A program made the translations under genes and the position numbers. DNA of 64,000 bases from Octopus sinensis (lineage: Eukaryota). The stretch covers positions 144,336,001-144,400,000 of the forward strand of contig NC_043000.1 of the NCBI RefSeq assembly GCF_006345805.1, in the 5' to 3' direction. The notes beneath the pieces are model-generated. The model saw only the letters and a list, made by a program, of their open reading frames with translations. It did not search any database and was not told the origin of the DNA. Below are positions 1-13,290 of this stretch, piece by piece (position 1 is the stretch's first letter; the number at the start of each line of letters is the position of its first letter).

Positions 1-1380
1 TTCCTACAAACAGCGAGTTGCTCCACTATCCGCGATCTCATCTCTTCTTCTGCTCTCCCCCCCACCGCCACCAACCTCATCGCCCGCACATCCCGCACCT
101 CCACCATCTATGCCTTCCCAAATTCATAAGCCCAATACCCCTGGCCGCCCCATTGTTTCCGCCTGTAATTGCCCTACTGAACACATTTCCCTATACCTCG
201 ACCGCATCCTGTCCCCTTAGTCAATCCCTCCTTCCCACATACATGATACCAACCACGCCCTCCGTCTCTTCAATTCCTTTCCTTCCTTTCCAGCCCCTCA
301 CACCTCCTCTTTCACCCTTGGCATCAAATCACTGTAACGGTGATCCCCACAACGACGGTCTCCTAGCTCTCCAACACTTCCTCGACCGTCGCCCCGACCC
401 CACCCCTAGAACCCCCCCCCCTCCTCCGCCGGCAGAGCTCGTCTAAAACCCTCAACTGTTTCACGTTCGCGCGGGGGAAACGTACCAACAGATGTCCGGG
501 GTCGCGATGGAACGAGAATGGGTCCCAATTTCGCGCAATCTCTTTGTTGGCTACATTGAGGCCCAAGTATTCTCCCAATTCTCCGGGCCGACCCCAGAAC
601 TATACGGTCGTTACATAAGACGAATGTATAGGCGCCACCTCCCTTCCCGCGAACAACTCTGCCACTTCATCTCTGTCCTCTCTAACTTCCACCCCTCTCT
701 ACAATTCACTTCCACCATATCCATACTTCCGTTAACTTCCTAGATATCTCACTCAGCATCGACCACCCCTCCCACTCTCTCACCACCTCCGCCTTCTTCA
801 AACCCACGGATTCCCACCTCTATCTCAACTTTCTCCTCCCCATCCCTTCCACACCAAACGGGCTATCCCCTACTCCCATTCCTCCGCCTCCGACGCTTGT
901 GCAGCCGCGACCAGGATTTCGAGACCCAGTCTCAATACCTGGCCCGCCTGTTCAGGCTTCGAGGATACCCACCTACCCTGGTCTTGAACGCCCTCGCCCG
1001 CGCTCGTCGTATCGACCGCACCACCGCCCTTTCTCCTTCCAATCACCCCCCCAACCGCACCCACTTTCCCCTCCTTTTCCACTCCTCTACTCTACTTCGT
1101 GCCTTCCGTCGTCTCCAGCTCGATTCCACGACCCACCCCATTTTCCCCAACCCACCCCTGTCCTCCTTCAAACGAGCCCAGAATCTACGCGACCTCCTGG
1201 TCCGTAGCACCCTCCCTTCTTCCCCCTCGGCCCACTCAGATCCTTCCCCATGATCCAATCCCGCTGCACACCTGCCCCTTCATCACCAACACCCACTGCT
1301 GTCACCGGTTCCAAAACCGGGCGAACTGTACGTATCGGGTATTCCTTTACTGCACCTCGTCTGGACTCATATACTGCATT
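1..1380 (+). mobile_element. Penelope-like retroelement, degraded RT, thumb and start of the GIY-YIG endonuclease
   Basis: Frameshifted peptides match PLE RT: SGVAM(G), NLFVGYIEAQVFSQ..YGRYI(DD), FKPTDSHLYLNFSSPHP, LRRLCSRDQDF..RGYP, RAQNLRDLLVRS, then FTCTSSGLIYCI (first half of GIY-YIG), cut off by a microsatellite. Strongly C-rich relative to the host. The 5' end lies outside the window. Confidence 0.85.
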
Positions 1381-3110
1381 AATGCACACATACATACACG
1401 CACATACAACATGCATACATACATACACGTACACACACATACATACATACATACTACAACACACATACATACACAGATACACACTACACACAAACATACA
1501 TACACAAACATACCACACAAACCATACACACACATACATATACATACATACCTACATACACACACACATACACAAATACACACATACATACACACACACA
1601 TACACACATGCATATATGCATACACAAATACATACATATACATACACACACATACATATACACACATACGTACACACACGCACATACACACATACATGCA
1701 TGCACACATACATATATACACATACATACATACACACATACATACACACATACATACACACACACTTACATACATACATACACATACATACATATACATC
1801 CACATACACACATACATACATAGACACATATATATACATACACACACATACATATACATATATACATACAGACACACACATGCACACATACACGCATGCA
1901 CACAAACATACATACACACACACATACTATACACACATGCATACATACACACACGCGTACATATACATACATACATACATACTCATACACATACACACAC
2001 CCACTTACACATATACAACCGTCCATACATACAGACACACATACATACACACTTACACACATACACACACATACACACACGCATACACACATACATACAT
2101 ATATACACACATACAAACACACATACATACATAGATACATACATACACAAACATACATATACATACATACATACACGCACACATACACACACATACACAC
2201 ACACGCACGCACACATACATACACACCCATACATACACACACACGTACATACATACATACACACACAAACACACGCATACATACATACGCACATACATAC
2301 ACACACATATAAATACATACACACACACATACACACACATATATATACATACATACAAACACACACACATGCACACATACACGCATGCACACATACATAC
2401 ATACACACACACATACATACACTACATACATAAATGCATACATACACACACATACATAAATATACATATGTACACACACGCACATACACACATACACGCA
2501 TGCACAAATACACACATACGTACATACATACATACATACACACATACATACATACGTACGTACATACGTATACATACACACACACATACACACCCACACA
2601 CATACATACATACACACATACACACACACATACACTCATACATACATACACACACGCATGCATACACACATACACACACATACACACATACATACATACA
2701 CACACGCATATATATACATACATACATACACATACACACACATACACACATACATACACACACACATATAAACACATATAAGCCCCTACATTGTACACAC
2801 ACGCACACATATATACATACATTCACTCGCACGCACGTACACACACACAAACTCACATACACACCGATAGATATACATACACAATATACACCTATCCGCG
2901 CACGCACACCTACACACAAACACATACAAACGCACACATACACGCACATACATACACTCTCACACAAATGAACCCACATATACATCCCCCTACACACACA
3001 CAGGCACGTACAAGCACACACGTACTATGTTACGCCACACACCCACACTCTACGCATAAACGCACGAACACACACAAGCACACACACACAACAAACAACA
3101 CACACATTAT
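1381..3110. repeat. ~1.7 kb degenerate (CA)n/(TACA)n microsatellite array
   Basis: Continuous CA/TACA/TA units; source of all H/T/Y/I- and C/V/M-rich ORFs in this interval. Confidence 0.97.
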
Positions 3111-3364
3111 GATGTTTTTTGACCTGGCTTTGACCTAGCTTGATACAAACAGCTAGCAGTCATCCCCACATCTGGCTTTGTCATTACCTCTATTCACCAA
3201 AAATACACACACACACACACACGTACGCACAAACACACTTGTCATCTTGCACACACACACACACACACACAGGCATTCCCTTTTTTTGGAACTCTCTTGC
3301 ATTATAAAACCATTTTTCAACAACCGCCAAATTCTGTTCTTTTCAACATGTGATCTCTTAAGCA

Positions 3365-3560
3365 CCACCAGCTCAAATATTGTCTCCTCTGTCTTCCCTC
3401 CTTGGATCTTTCCTTCTCCTTTTTTCCGACGAAGAGCTCCGCTCGAAACGTTAAACCCTCCTTCCCTTCTTTCCTGAGCGTCAATAATACTTTATTGTTC
3501 CACGTCCTGCGTTGCTGTGTTTTTTCTCTTTTGTTCTGTGTTTTCTTGTTTGGATTAACC
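3365..3560 (+). mobile_element. PLE terminal-repeat (pLTR) remnant with minimal hammerhead-like motif
   Basis: 3426-3453 reads CCGACGA-A-GAGC-tcc-GCTC-GAAA-CGTTA: a CUGANGA variant, 4-bp stem II, GAAA and palindromic AACGTT, followed by a pyrimidine-rich tail. Confidence 0.55.
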
Positions 3561-3624
<64 letters not shown>

Positions 3625-3662
3625 TATATAATATATATATATCTATATATATAATATATATA

Positions 3663-3893
3663 TATTTCTTTACTACCACAAGGAGCTAAACATAGAGGAT
3701 ACAAACAAGGACAGACAAAAGCATTAAGTCGATTACTCCGACCCCAGTGCGCAACTGGTACTTAATTTATCGTCCTCGAAAGGATGAAAGGCAAAGTCGA
3801 CCTCGGCGGAATTTGAACTCAGAACGTAACGGCAGACGAAATACAGTTAAGCATTTCGCCCGCGTGCTAACGCGTCTGTCAGCTCGCCGCCTT
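3663..3893 (-). mobile_element. tRNA-derived SINE, family A
   Basis: Reverse complement aligns along its length with the + copies at 34264 and 59508 (aaggcggcgagctggcag...gttctgagttcaaattccgccgaggtcgactttgcctttcatcc...taaagaaata); B-box-like GAGTTCAAATTCC. Confidence 0.9.
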
Positions 3894-4988
3894 GTATATA
3901 TATATATATATATATAATATATATATTATATATATATATATATATATCTATATATATATCTATATATATATATATATATAAAAGTGTGTGTGTGTGTGTG
4001 TGTGTGTACTATGCGATTTCAATATTTGTATTCGCGTCCCTGTAATTTAGCACTTTCGCAAAAGTAATCGATAGATTAAGTACCATATTAAAAAAATTGT
4101 ACTGGGGTCGATTCATGCGATTAAACATTCTAGAAGGCAATCTCACTGGATAGCCACAGTTTTTTGACTGAAAATGATACAAGATATATGTAACAGATTC
4201 AAGTTATATATGTTTGTATATGGATGTATGTTTGCGTGCGTGCCTGTGTGTGTGTATCTATATTGTTGTGATTAGAGATGGCCTTTGTTTTGCTAAATAG
4301 ATACACGCACTATATATTAGTTCTTCAATCGTTAGTTACTGTTCTTATTTAATTCATATCCATTGTACGGAAATCCTTGATGTCACATCTGTGACTTTAC
4401 TGACACTTTCCGTCTTTTTATGTACGCCTCGTTCGTTTAGTCCCATCTCTAGAATGGACTAAGTGGAACAAGAGCAACCTCCCTCTTCCTGTCATTTGTG
4501 TGCGACTTGACGTCATCTGAATCACGTGAACCAATTTATTTAACGGCACCAGTGAATATACATATCCCCTCTTTCAACCCTTGTCAATAACGATAAATCT
4601 GAAATGCGAAAAGTTTGTTTGCTTGTCTGGTTTTGGCATTGGAACGGGTTAAAGAGCACTAGATCCCGTCGGATTTACAGGGACATGTAAAAAGAGGCGA
4701 GGATGTGAGTGGACTATGTTAGAAATGCTTATCTCAAAAGCTGTGCTTACTAGGGCAAAAAAAACGACTTTCTCTTATCTGCCTGACTTCATCCGTCTCT
4801 CTCTCTCTTTACTCCCTTTCCTTCACGTTCTCTCTATAACGACGTTTGACATCCTCTATCTTACCCCCGCCGCCTTCGCCAGGTATGTCAATTTTTCATT
4901 CACATCCTCTTTCTCTCTCTACGTCAGTCTGCATTCATATACAAAGTGTATATATCTTTATATATATATATACATATATATATATGAT

Positions 4989-5125
4989 CACCAAAAGTGA
5001 TCATGATGAAAATTACTTGCTGTAATGTGGAGTGGGGTTTTGGCTTTTAATTCTATCAGATCAGTCAGGTAGATGTAAGGATTATGATATTCGATCAAAC
5101 CTGATTTTCCATATTTCTTTCACTG

Positions 5126-5130
<5 letters not shown>
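4989..5130 (+). pseudogene. Partial duplicate of the 6257-6340 exon plus upstream intron, lacking the splice donor
   Basis: About 90% identical by eye to 6187-6327. Retains acceptor ttctatcag| and the frame DQSGRCKDYDIRSNLIFHISFTEI, then runs into (TA)n; flanked by (TA)n on both sides. Confidence 0.75.
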
Positions 5131-5174
<44 letters not shown>

Positions 5175-6256
5175 ATATTATGTGTGTGTGTGTGGTGTGT
5201 GTGTGTTTATGTATAATTTGTATGAATTTTGTATATATAATGTGTGCATTATGTGGTCGGTTGAGCTGAAAATATGCACACCTATGTTAAAAGTGCTGGC
5301 CAGTTTGCATGGCAACTATTTTTTTTTCCTCAAAAGAAAGTCGTGACCTCTAGCACAAAATACTTCATCTTTTAAAATGTGGCCCGATTAGACCCGAATG
5401 AAATCGGGTTATATAAACCAAAATGTGAAAAGTGGTCTAAATTGAGCTGGAAAGGGATTAAAATTTACAGGAGCGTCTGTTTAGGAATTCTCTGTTACAT
5501 CAAGCTAAAAAAATTTGCGCCAGCCTTCAAATCGTCGATGTGTTGCCATCCGTCATGAAGAAGTTTTGAATGCCTGACATGGTGCGTCTACTGCCGTCAG
5601 AAAGTATCACTTCAAAACTTGGTGTTTCGGAATTTTCTTTTATATCAAGTTCAGCCATCCGTTAAACTGCCAGTACGTTACTGTCCGTCGTTAAGAAATG
5701 CCAGCCATAGCGAGTCTGTTATCCTCAGATTCTATCCCTTCAAGCTTTGGTTTCCAATATTCTTTAATTTTTATTCAGCTCGTCAGTCCGTCTGTCCCTT
5801 TTAAATGTTAGTGTTTTGCTGTTTGCCTTGAAACAGACCTTTCCGTTGTCACTGCCTGATATTTATGATTGGTCTTTCAAAATATATTCTTTCTCAACTT
5901 ACTCAAGATATTTTGTTCTTTATAAATGAGAGATAGATAGATAGAGAAGAGTAGAGGGTAAGAGAAAGCGAGGGAGAGTCCAAGAGAAAGGAAAAGTAAG
6001 AGAGTGGGGAAGTGAGAAAGGAGAGAGAAAAAAATAGGGAGAATGTGGCGATAAGAAACAGAAAGGAAGCAACAGGAAATAACAACCACACACTCATCTG
6101 CGCGTAGAGCGGGTCACCTTCAGCTAGTTATATTTTCGTTTATCATTTGCATGCGTTTTGATTAGATTTTTTCAGTTTGACCTAGCACCAAAAGTGAACA
6201 TGATGCAAAATACTTGGTGTAATGTGGAGTGGGGTTTTGGCTTTTAATTCTGTCAG

Positions 6257-6340
6257 ATCAGTCAGGTAGAGATAAGGATTATGATATTCGATCAAACCTG
6301 ATTTTCCATATTTCTTTCACTGAAATACAAGTAAAACCAG
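6257..6340 (+). CDS. Candidate internal coding exon of an unidentified host gene (84 nt, phase 1-1)
   Basis: Acceptor ggcttttaattctgtcag|, donor CCAG|GTCAGT, open frame (D)QSGRDKDYDIRSNLIFHISFTEIQVKP. Confidence 0.6.
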
Positions 6341-7084
6341 GTCAGTTACTTTTTTAAATACCTTGTGCAATATTCTGATAACCTCATGCAAAAAAACATT
6401 TTGACTTTTGTTGTAAGTATACTTCGTAAACCCGTTTTTACATTTGTTTTAATGTTATCTGAAATGCACGCGAACATTATGCATGCGCAAAGATATAAAT
6501 TTTTCGTTTTTTATTCCCAACTACTCATTCAGAAACATGCAGTGGTGAAATTATTATTCTTGTTATTGACAGTATATATTTTATGTTATCAATAAAACTT
6601 GTTCCAATATTACTTATATAAGAACTGAAGAACAAGTACAACTACAGAGAAATTTCGAAATATGGATTGCTTCTTCACTAAAAATGAGAAGATTCACTAG
6701 ACCTGATACTAAATATTTTTATGTATTGTTCAGAAGAAAAAAATGGACATCTTACGTATTTCGCTTCTATTTATTACATAATGTATTTATGTAATTAGGA
6801 ATGTACTCACAGAAACTTACAAAAACATTTACAAATGAATGCAGCATTGAAAAGAATTTGTTAGAATTGTGTTTAATTAAATTTTGTCTAAAATCACACT
6901 GTTACAAGCTTCAGAAATGCAAACTGTTGCAAATGCTCTAAATCAGAGTATACTTCATGTAGAGTTTTAGAAATTCTTCACCTAAAGTTTGAGAGGGATG
7001 GATAGACGGCTGCATTGATGGATAGATGGATGGATAAACGGAGAGATATCTAGGTATGCGTTTCCTCATTGTGTAGCGTGAAGT

Positions 7085-7087
<3 letters not shown>

Positions 7088-7153
<66 letters not shown>

Positions 7154-7263
7154 TAATAATAATAACAACAACAACAGCAACAACAACAGCAACAACAATA
7201 ATAATAATAATGATAATAATAATAATAACAACAACAGCAACAACAACAACAACACCAATAATA

Positions 7264-7318
<55 letters not shown>

Positions 7319-7370
7319 TAATAATGATAACAACAACAACAGCAACAGCAGCAACAACAATAATGATAAA

Positions 7371-7440
<70 letters not shown>
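7088..7440. repeat. Compound (AAT)n/(AAC)n trinucleotide array
   Basis: Direct reading; abuts the 5' end of the R4/Dong-like fragment. Confidence 0.97.
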
Positions 7441-8250
7441 GCAAGAATAATATTGGAAGGGAACTTGGCAATGTCTGCAGAAAGGAGACTTAAAAGGATC
7501 CACTAAGGTATTAGTGTGCAGCACTCAAGAACAAACTCTCAGAACAAACTATGCCAAATATCACATTGACAAAAGCACTAACTCACCAGAGTGTAGGATG
7601 TACTCTGAGAATGGAGAAAGTATAAGCCATATTAGTGAGTGCCGTAAACTCACACAACGCGAGAACAAAAGGAGTCACGACAATGTGGCAAGATACATCC
7701 ACTGGTTGTTGTGCGGTAAAGCAAACCGCGAGAGAAGCCGAACAATGGTATGAACACAAGCCAGAGGGAGTAATGGAAAACGAACATTACAAAATAATCT
7801 GAGATTTTCACATTCTGTGCGACCAGGTCATAGAGGCGAGGCAGCCAGATATCGTGATCATCCATGAAGATGAAAAAGATGCAAAAATAATAGATGTTAC
7901 AAAACCTGGCGATTCGTGGGTGAATTGTAAGGAAACATAGAAGAGTGTGAAATAACAGCCACTGCGGGACGAGATAGGAAATTTATGGGGCATGAGGAAA
8001 GTAATGGTGATACAAGTGGTAACTGGAGAACTGGCAGCAGTTTCCAAGAGATTTGAAAAAAACATATTAAATATATTGGCACTGCTATCAGGCAAGAAGT
8101 GATCCAGAAGACAGCATTGTTTGGTACAGATTGCATTCTAAGGAGTGTACTGCCTCTTTGAGTCACAGGAGAAGGCATTTTTGGTGAGTTTTATTGACTA
8201 TTTTCAAGAAAACTATAACCGGTAATTATGAACCATCCGAGGGTCTTTCA
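7441..8250 (+). mobile_element. 5'-truncated R4/Dong-type RLE LINE (CCHC finger plus restriction-like endonuclease)
   Basis: QEQTLRTNYAKYHIDKSTNSPECRM..ESISHI.SECRKL..HDNVARYIHW; WYEHKPEGVMEN; IEARQPDIVII (PD motif); KYQPL; VIQKTALFGT..ILRSVL. Degraded. (AAT)n on both sides. Confidence 0.85.
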
Positions 8251-8296
8251 TAATAACAATAATAATAATAACAACAACAACAACATAAAGCAGGAG

Positions 8297-8507
8297 AAGA
8301 CGAAGAAGTAGGAGGAGGAGGAGGAGGAGAAGGAGAAGAAGAAGAAGAAGAAGAAGAAGAAGAAGAAGAAGAAGAAGAAGAAGAAGAAGAAGAAGAAAAG
8401 AAGAAGAAGAAGAAGAAGAAGAAGAAGAAGAAGAAGAAGAAGAAGAAGAAGAAGAAGAAGAAGAAGAAGAAGAAGAAGAAGAAGAAGAAGAAGAAGAAGA
8501 AGAAGAA
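8297..8507. repeat. (GAA)n homopurine tract
   Basis: Near-pure GAA run preceded by (GGA)n. Confidence 0.97.
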
Positions 8508-8875
8508 GATAGATGGATGAAATCTGAAACCATAACGAATAACGAAGCAGAAATTCGGTATCCGTAAAAGAAATGGAAGACAAGTATGTCTAAATTTAAG
8601 CCATCTCAGGAAATTGAAAGATTTTTCTTATATGGAGTATATGGATATATCTTCCCCCAGATGAGATAATAGCTTCCCTCAGACCAAGCGTTACGCCAAG
8701 ATGTCGGAAAAATTTAAAAACATGTCTATACGAAAACTGCAAACCTATGAGTAAAATTTTAAATTTTATATTTAATTATATATACATCCATATCTATATA
8801 AGATCTCTCTCTATATATACACACTGCTGTTTCTTTCCAGTCTCTCGCTGATTCGTCAATGATAATTGTAATCAT

Positions 8876-9195
8876 AAGAAACATCAGCATATATCCATGG
8901 GCAGTGTACAGTTAAAAATGTAAACGCTGTTAAAGCCGAGCCCATAACAAAACTAACCAAAGGAGAAAGACTAGCGGCAAATAATCCTAACTCCTATGAA
9001 ATATTTGATTGACGAAACATCAATAATAATAATAATAATAGTATTTATAAGTACGAAAGAAACATCAATACATGTCCATAGACGGTGTTCAGTTAAAAAT
9101 GGAAACTCTGGAAAACACGGAAACCATAGGAAAACTAACCAAAAGAAAAAGTTCGGCAGGCAGCTAATCATAAATTCTATGAAATAGTTGATTCA
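8876..9195 (+). repeat. Diverged tandem duplication, two ~140-bp units
   Basis: 8876-9013 and 9057-9195 share aagaaacatca..tccat..gtgt(a/t)cagttaaaaatg..ccata..aaaactaaccaaa..ctatgaaata.ttgatt, separated by a short (AAT)n run. Confidence 0.7.
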
Positions 9196-9619
9196 TCATT
9201 TACACACACTACTATACAACAGGTCCCAGAAACATACAAGAATAATCTTATACTCTAAATACATGACAAAATGAACAACACCCACAACATGGGCCATAGA
9301 AGGCCGATGCACGACAGAAGAACATGACCTGCGTTACACGAAGAATACACAATACAAAAACGAATACAGATTCAAACCAAGCGCCATAACAAAATATACT
9401 GATACAATACAATGTCCCCACCACCATCACCACCAAATAATCTAGCACACACCACCCAGCAAACGCACAGGTACAACAAAGGACAGAAGAGAATGTTGCC
9501 TGAATCTTTCAGATGTCGAAAAACAATAGAGGTGATGACGATGGTGATGAACGTTACCTTACCTTCGTTTGTGAGAAACCTGAGTTTTCGATGAAACTAT
9601 GGTTGTAACAAAAATAAAG

Positions 9620-12600
9620 CTAGAACATTAAAAGAACGCCTCTCGCTCGGCAGTGACTCGGTAGAGATGCAGACTGACCAAATTTCTCATCCTAATACAG
9701 GAGGAAATGGGCCAGAGAAGAGTAGAAGATAATGATGTAGTGCTACTTTGAAAGTGAATCTAAAGGAAGGGGCTATAGAAAACAGGTGTATGCTCTTTGA
9801 GTAGGGAAGGTTATGTTTAAAGTGACTGAGCACAGATTAGGTGATCAAGATAATATTATTAGGAGAAGAAAATAGATGACAACATTGGAAATAAATCACA
9901 AGAGAGTTGGAAAAGTAAGACGAATCAGTAGAAAATACAGACAACAACATAAGAGAAACAGCTTAAACCAAAGAAGAACCTAAAGGACGAATTAATAATA
10001 TTTTTAAATACAAAAGGGAAAATTGGCATCAGCGACTTAAGTGATTTAAATGCGGAAGATCAGAAGATTTTCGATGTGATGCGGGAAGTAAAGAGTAAAA
10101 AAATAAGAAAATGACTGCCAGCTTTAAAAGGCAACAACAGAAGGAAGCTGCTAAAAATCACTATGAAAGTAGATTCTATTATCAGGAGGAAAGAAAGTAA
10201 AAATATAGAAGACACAAACTTATTAATTTATGCAGGAAGAGTAGTAGTCACCAGAAGATTAGTTATCCAAGAACGAAAGTTGAGAAAAAAGTTAATGTGG
10301 AAAAGGAGACTACAAAATAAGGTGAAGACTATAAGACAAGATCTGAATAAGATAAAAGCATGGAAACTTAACAGGTTAGGAAACATAAGATACACATCTT
10401 CCCTCGAAAAATGCTACCTAGTAAAAGAGAAAGGATTTGGAACAGTAATAGAAAATCTGAAACAGCGTATGATAGCAGTAACAGGCAAGCTCTCTAGATA
10501 TCAGAAAAGAATAGATCAGTATCAACACACTAGATTATTTGAGACAGATCAGAGGAGATTTTATAAGCAAATATATAGTGGAGAATGAAGTCCTGGTGAT
10601 GAGCACCCTAATAAAGAAGCCAGGAAGTTCTGGTGTAGTATTAGGGGTAATCCAATCAATCATAATGGAGATTCAGTATGATTAAAGAAAGTGGGGGAAG
10701 AGGTGGGTGAGAAACAGCCAGATCTAAGATTAACTTGTGCATTAATGAGTAAAGTTTTAGGGAAAAATGTCGAATTGGAAGGGCCCAGGACCAGATTTAG
10801 TTCAATGGTACGGTTAATGAAATGGGAGGCTATGGTAATAAGTTCAGGGTTGTCTTAAGGGAGGAATAATACCAGATTGGATAACTAGAGGGAGGACAAT
10901 AATCATGAAAGATAACAGCAGGGGTAATATAATTAACACCTATAGGCCAATCACTTGTTTACCAGTAGTGTGGAATCTGTTAACACGAATGCTTTCAGAA
11001 AGCATTGACGAACATCTTGACAACCAGAATTTACAGACAGAAGAACAGAAAGGTAGCAAGAAGAGTAGAGACTCATATTCTATAATATATGGACAATGCA
11101 GTTTTTAAATGAAGTAAAATCTAGAAATATAAATCTAAATCTATCATGGATAAATTACAGGCAAGATTATGATATTATCCTACATTCGTGGATAAGTGAA
11201 TGTTTGAGCATATTCAGTACAGCAGATACCATAAGAGAATTAATTAGCCGTAACTTGAAGTAATGGAAACTAGATCTCGATTCAGGTGACACACTCTTAG
11301 GGAAAGTTAATATCAAAAGAGGAATTTCCCATGGGGAACTAGTTTTCCCTTTTATATTTGTCTTATGTTTGATCCCCACGTTTTAGTAATAAGCAATGCA
11401 AAGGCAGGATATCAGTTCAAAAATAGTAATGGAAAAATTAACCATTTCGTGTATATGGATGATCTGAAGATTTTTAGTTAGAATGGAAAAGAGATAGATT
11501 CCTTAATGCAGACTGTCAGACAATTCAGCAAATATACAGGCATGGAATTAGGCATAGGTAAGTGCGCAATATCAGTTATAAGAAGGGGACATGTAATCAA
11601 CAAGGAAGGCATCCAATTACCAGATGTCCAGACATCTAAATCATTGAAAAGGGAGAGTATTATAACGATTTAACAATATTAGAATCTGAAAGAGTTCTAA
11701 GTACATAAATGAAATCGAAAATTGAGAAAGAGTACATCAGAAAATGTGAGGAAACTAACGAAGCCAAAACTAAATGGCCCGAATCTAGTGAAGGCCGTAA
11801 ATACGTGGGCCGAACCATTAGTTAGATACTCAGCAGCATTTGTAGATTGGACAAAAACTGAATTAGCAAAGCTAGACAGAAGTAGGAAGGAATTCAATAT
11901 GAACGGAGGACTCCACCCAACGGCAGGAGTAGCAAGATTATAACTACCTAAAAAGGAAGGCGGAAGAGGGATGATATCAATAGAAGACTGCTTGGATTTA
12001 GCTAGATTAGATATAGACTCCCATGTAACAAATAGTAAATAAAGTTCATTAAAAGCTTCTAGAGTCACAGAAAAACAGGGAAACCAAAAACCCAAACGGA
12101 GATGAAAATCTGACTGGCAGGACAAGGCTTTGCATGGTAGATTTCCCGAAATAGTATTAGCAAATAGTTATTTTGAGACATTGTTATAGCTTCAGAAGGA
12201 AAAGCTGAAGAGGGAGACAGAAAGTTTCTTAGTAGCTGCAGAAGATCAAGCATTAAGGACTAAATGGTTGAACGTCAAGATAGGCTAGACAAAAACCATG
12301 TAGATTTCCGTTGTAGATTATGTAAATCAAAAGACGAAATCGTTACTCATACAGTAGGTGAATGTAGCATGCTGGCACAGAAAATACATGACAATCTAGG
12401 GAGTAAAGACATGACAATCTAGGTGTGGGGGGGTAATCCACTGGGAGCTATGTAGAAAGCTAGGGTTTGAATGTACTGACAAGTGGTATGAACATGAACC
12501 TAGTACAATGCTAAAAAGGGACAAATATAACATGTTTTGGGAATTTACGTTCAAACTGACAGATTGATAGAAGCTAGAATGCCTGATTTGGTAGTAGTAG

Positions 12601-12900
12601 ATAAAGAGAAGGTAAAATGCCAGATAATTAATTTTACAATCCCAAATGATCAAACAAATGAATATGAGAAGTATAGAAAAGAGAGTAACATACCAGGACT
12701 TATCTACCTACTGAATTACAGAGAGTGTGGAAAGTGCGGGTAAAATGTAACCCAGTAGTTATAGGCGCATTGGGATCTATCGCTAAAGAGTTGAACAGAT
12801 GGATGGAGAGACTATGCACAAAAGACAGTTTAGTACAGCTCCAGAAAACAGTGTAATTAGTACTAGCTATGATAATTAGGAGGGTTCTTAGCATATCAGG
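9620..12900 (+). mobile_element. Near-full-length but heavily decayed R4/Dong-type RLE LINE
   Basis: N-terminal RRKWAREE..CYFESE..RGYR; KRRLQNKVKTIRQDL; QRMIAVTGKLSRYQKRIDQY..LFETDQRRFY; RT YRPITCLPVVWNLLT, YMDDLK(I)F; NLVKAVNTWAEPLVRYSA; WYEHEP; LIEARMPDLVVVDKE. Many stops and frameshifts. Confidence 0.85.
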
Positions 12901-12989
12901 TTAAAACCCCACAACAATTTCTATTTATTACTTTCTAGTACTTTACTCAGTTTATGTTCATACCATTTATCAGTATGGTCACATCCTAG

Positions 12990-13290
12990 TTTTCTACATA
13001 GCTCCCAGTGGATTGTCTTTCATTTCTGCAGCCATAATCATGTCTCAATACTAATATTTGCTGACAATATCTTTAGCAATCTACCATGCAACGCCTTCCC
13101 CTGCTAGTCAGATAATATCTGTTCTTTTTTTTCTGGTTTTAAGAGCGTTTGGTGTTTTGGCTTCCCTATGTCTGGAGTTTGCTCATACTACGACTTTGCT
13201 TTTCGTAGGCGGTGATTTCCACATAGCCAATGGATTATTCTTGCCACATTGTCATGACATCTTTTGTGTTTGCGTTGTGCCAATATCGAG
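12990..13290 (-). mobile_element. Inverted fragment of a related R4/Dong-type LINE
   Basis: Reverse complement (ctgactagcaggggaaggcgttgcatggtagattg; gacaatgtggcaagaataatccattgg) matches 12110-12150 and the HDNVAR.IHW segment. Confidence 0.65.

Noticed and set aside
1099-3138. Long ORFs (up to 444 aa) rich in H/T/Y/I or C/V/M
   Set aside because: Translations of the CA/TACA microsatellite, which lacks stop codons; the same applies to similar ORFs throughout the window.
4576-4652. piggyBac-like ends (..aaccc / gggttaa)
   Set aside because: The left TTAA is absent, the segment is too short, and there is no TIR beyond 3-4 bp.
6938-8583. Poly-L, poly-I, poly-S, poly-Y and poly-N ORFs
   Set aside because: Trinucleotide repeat artefacts.
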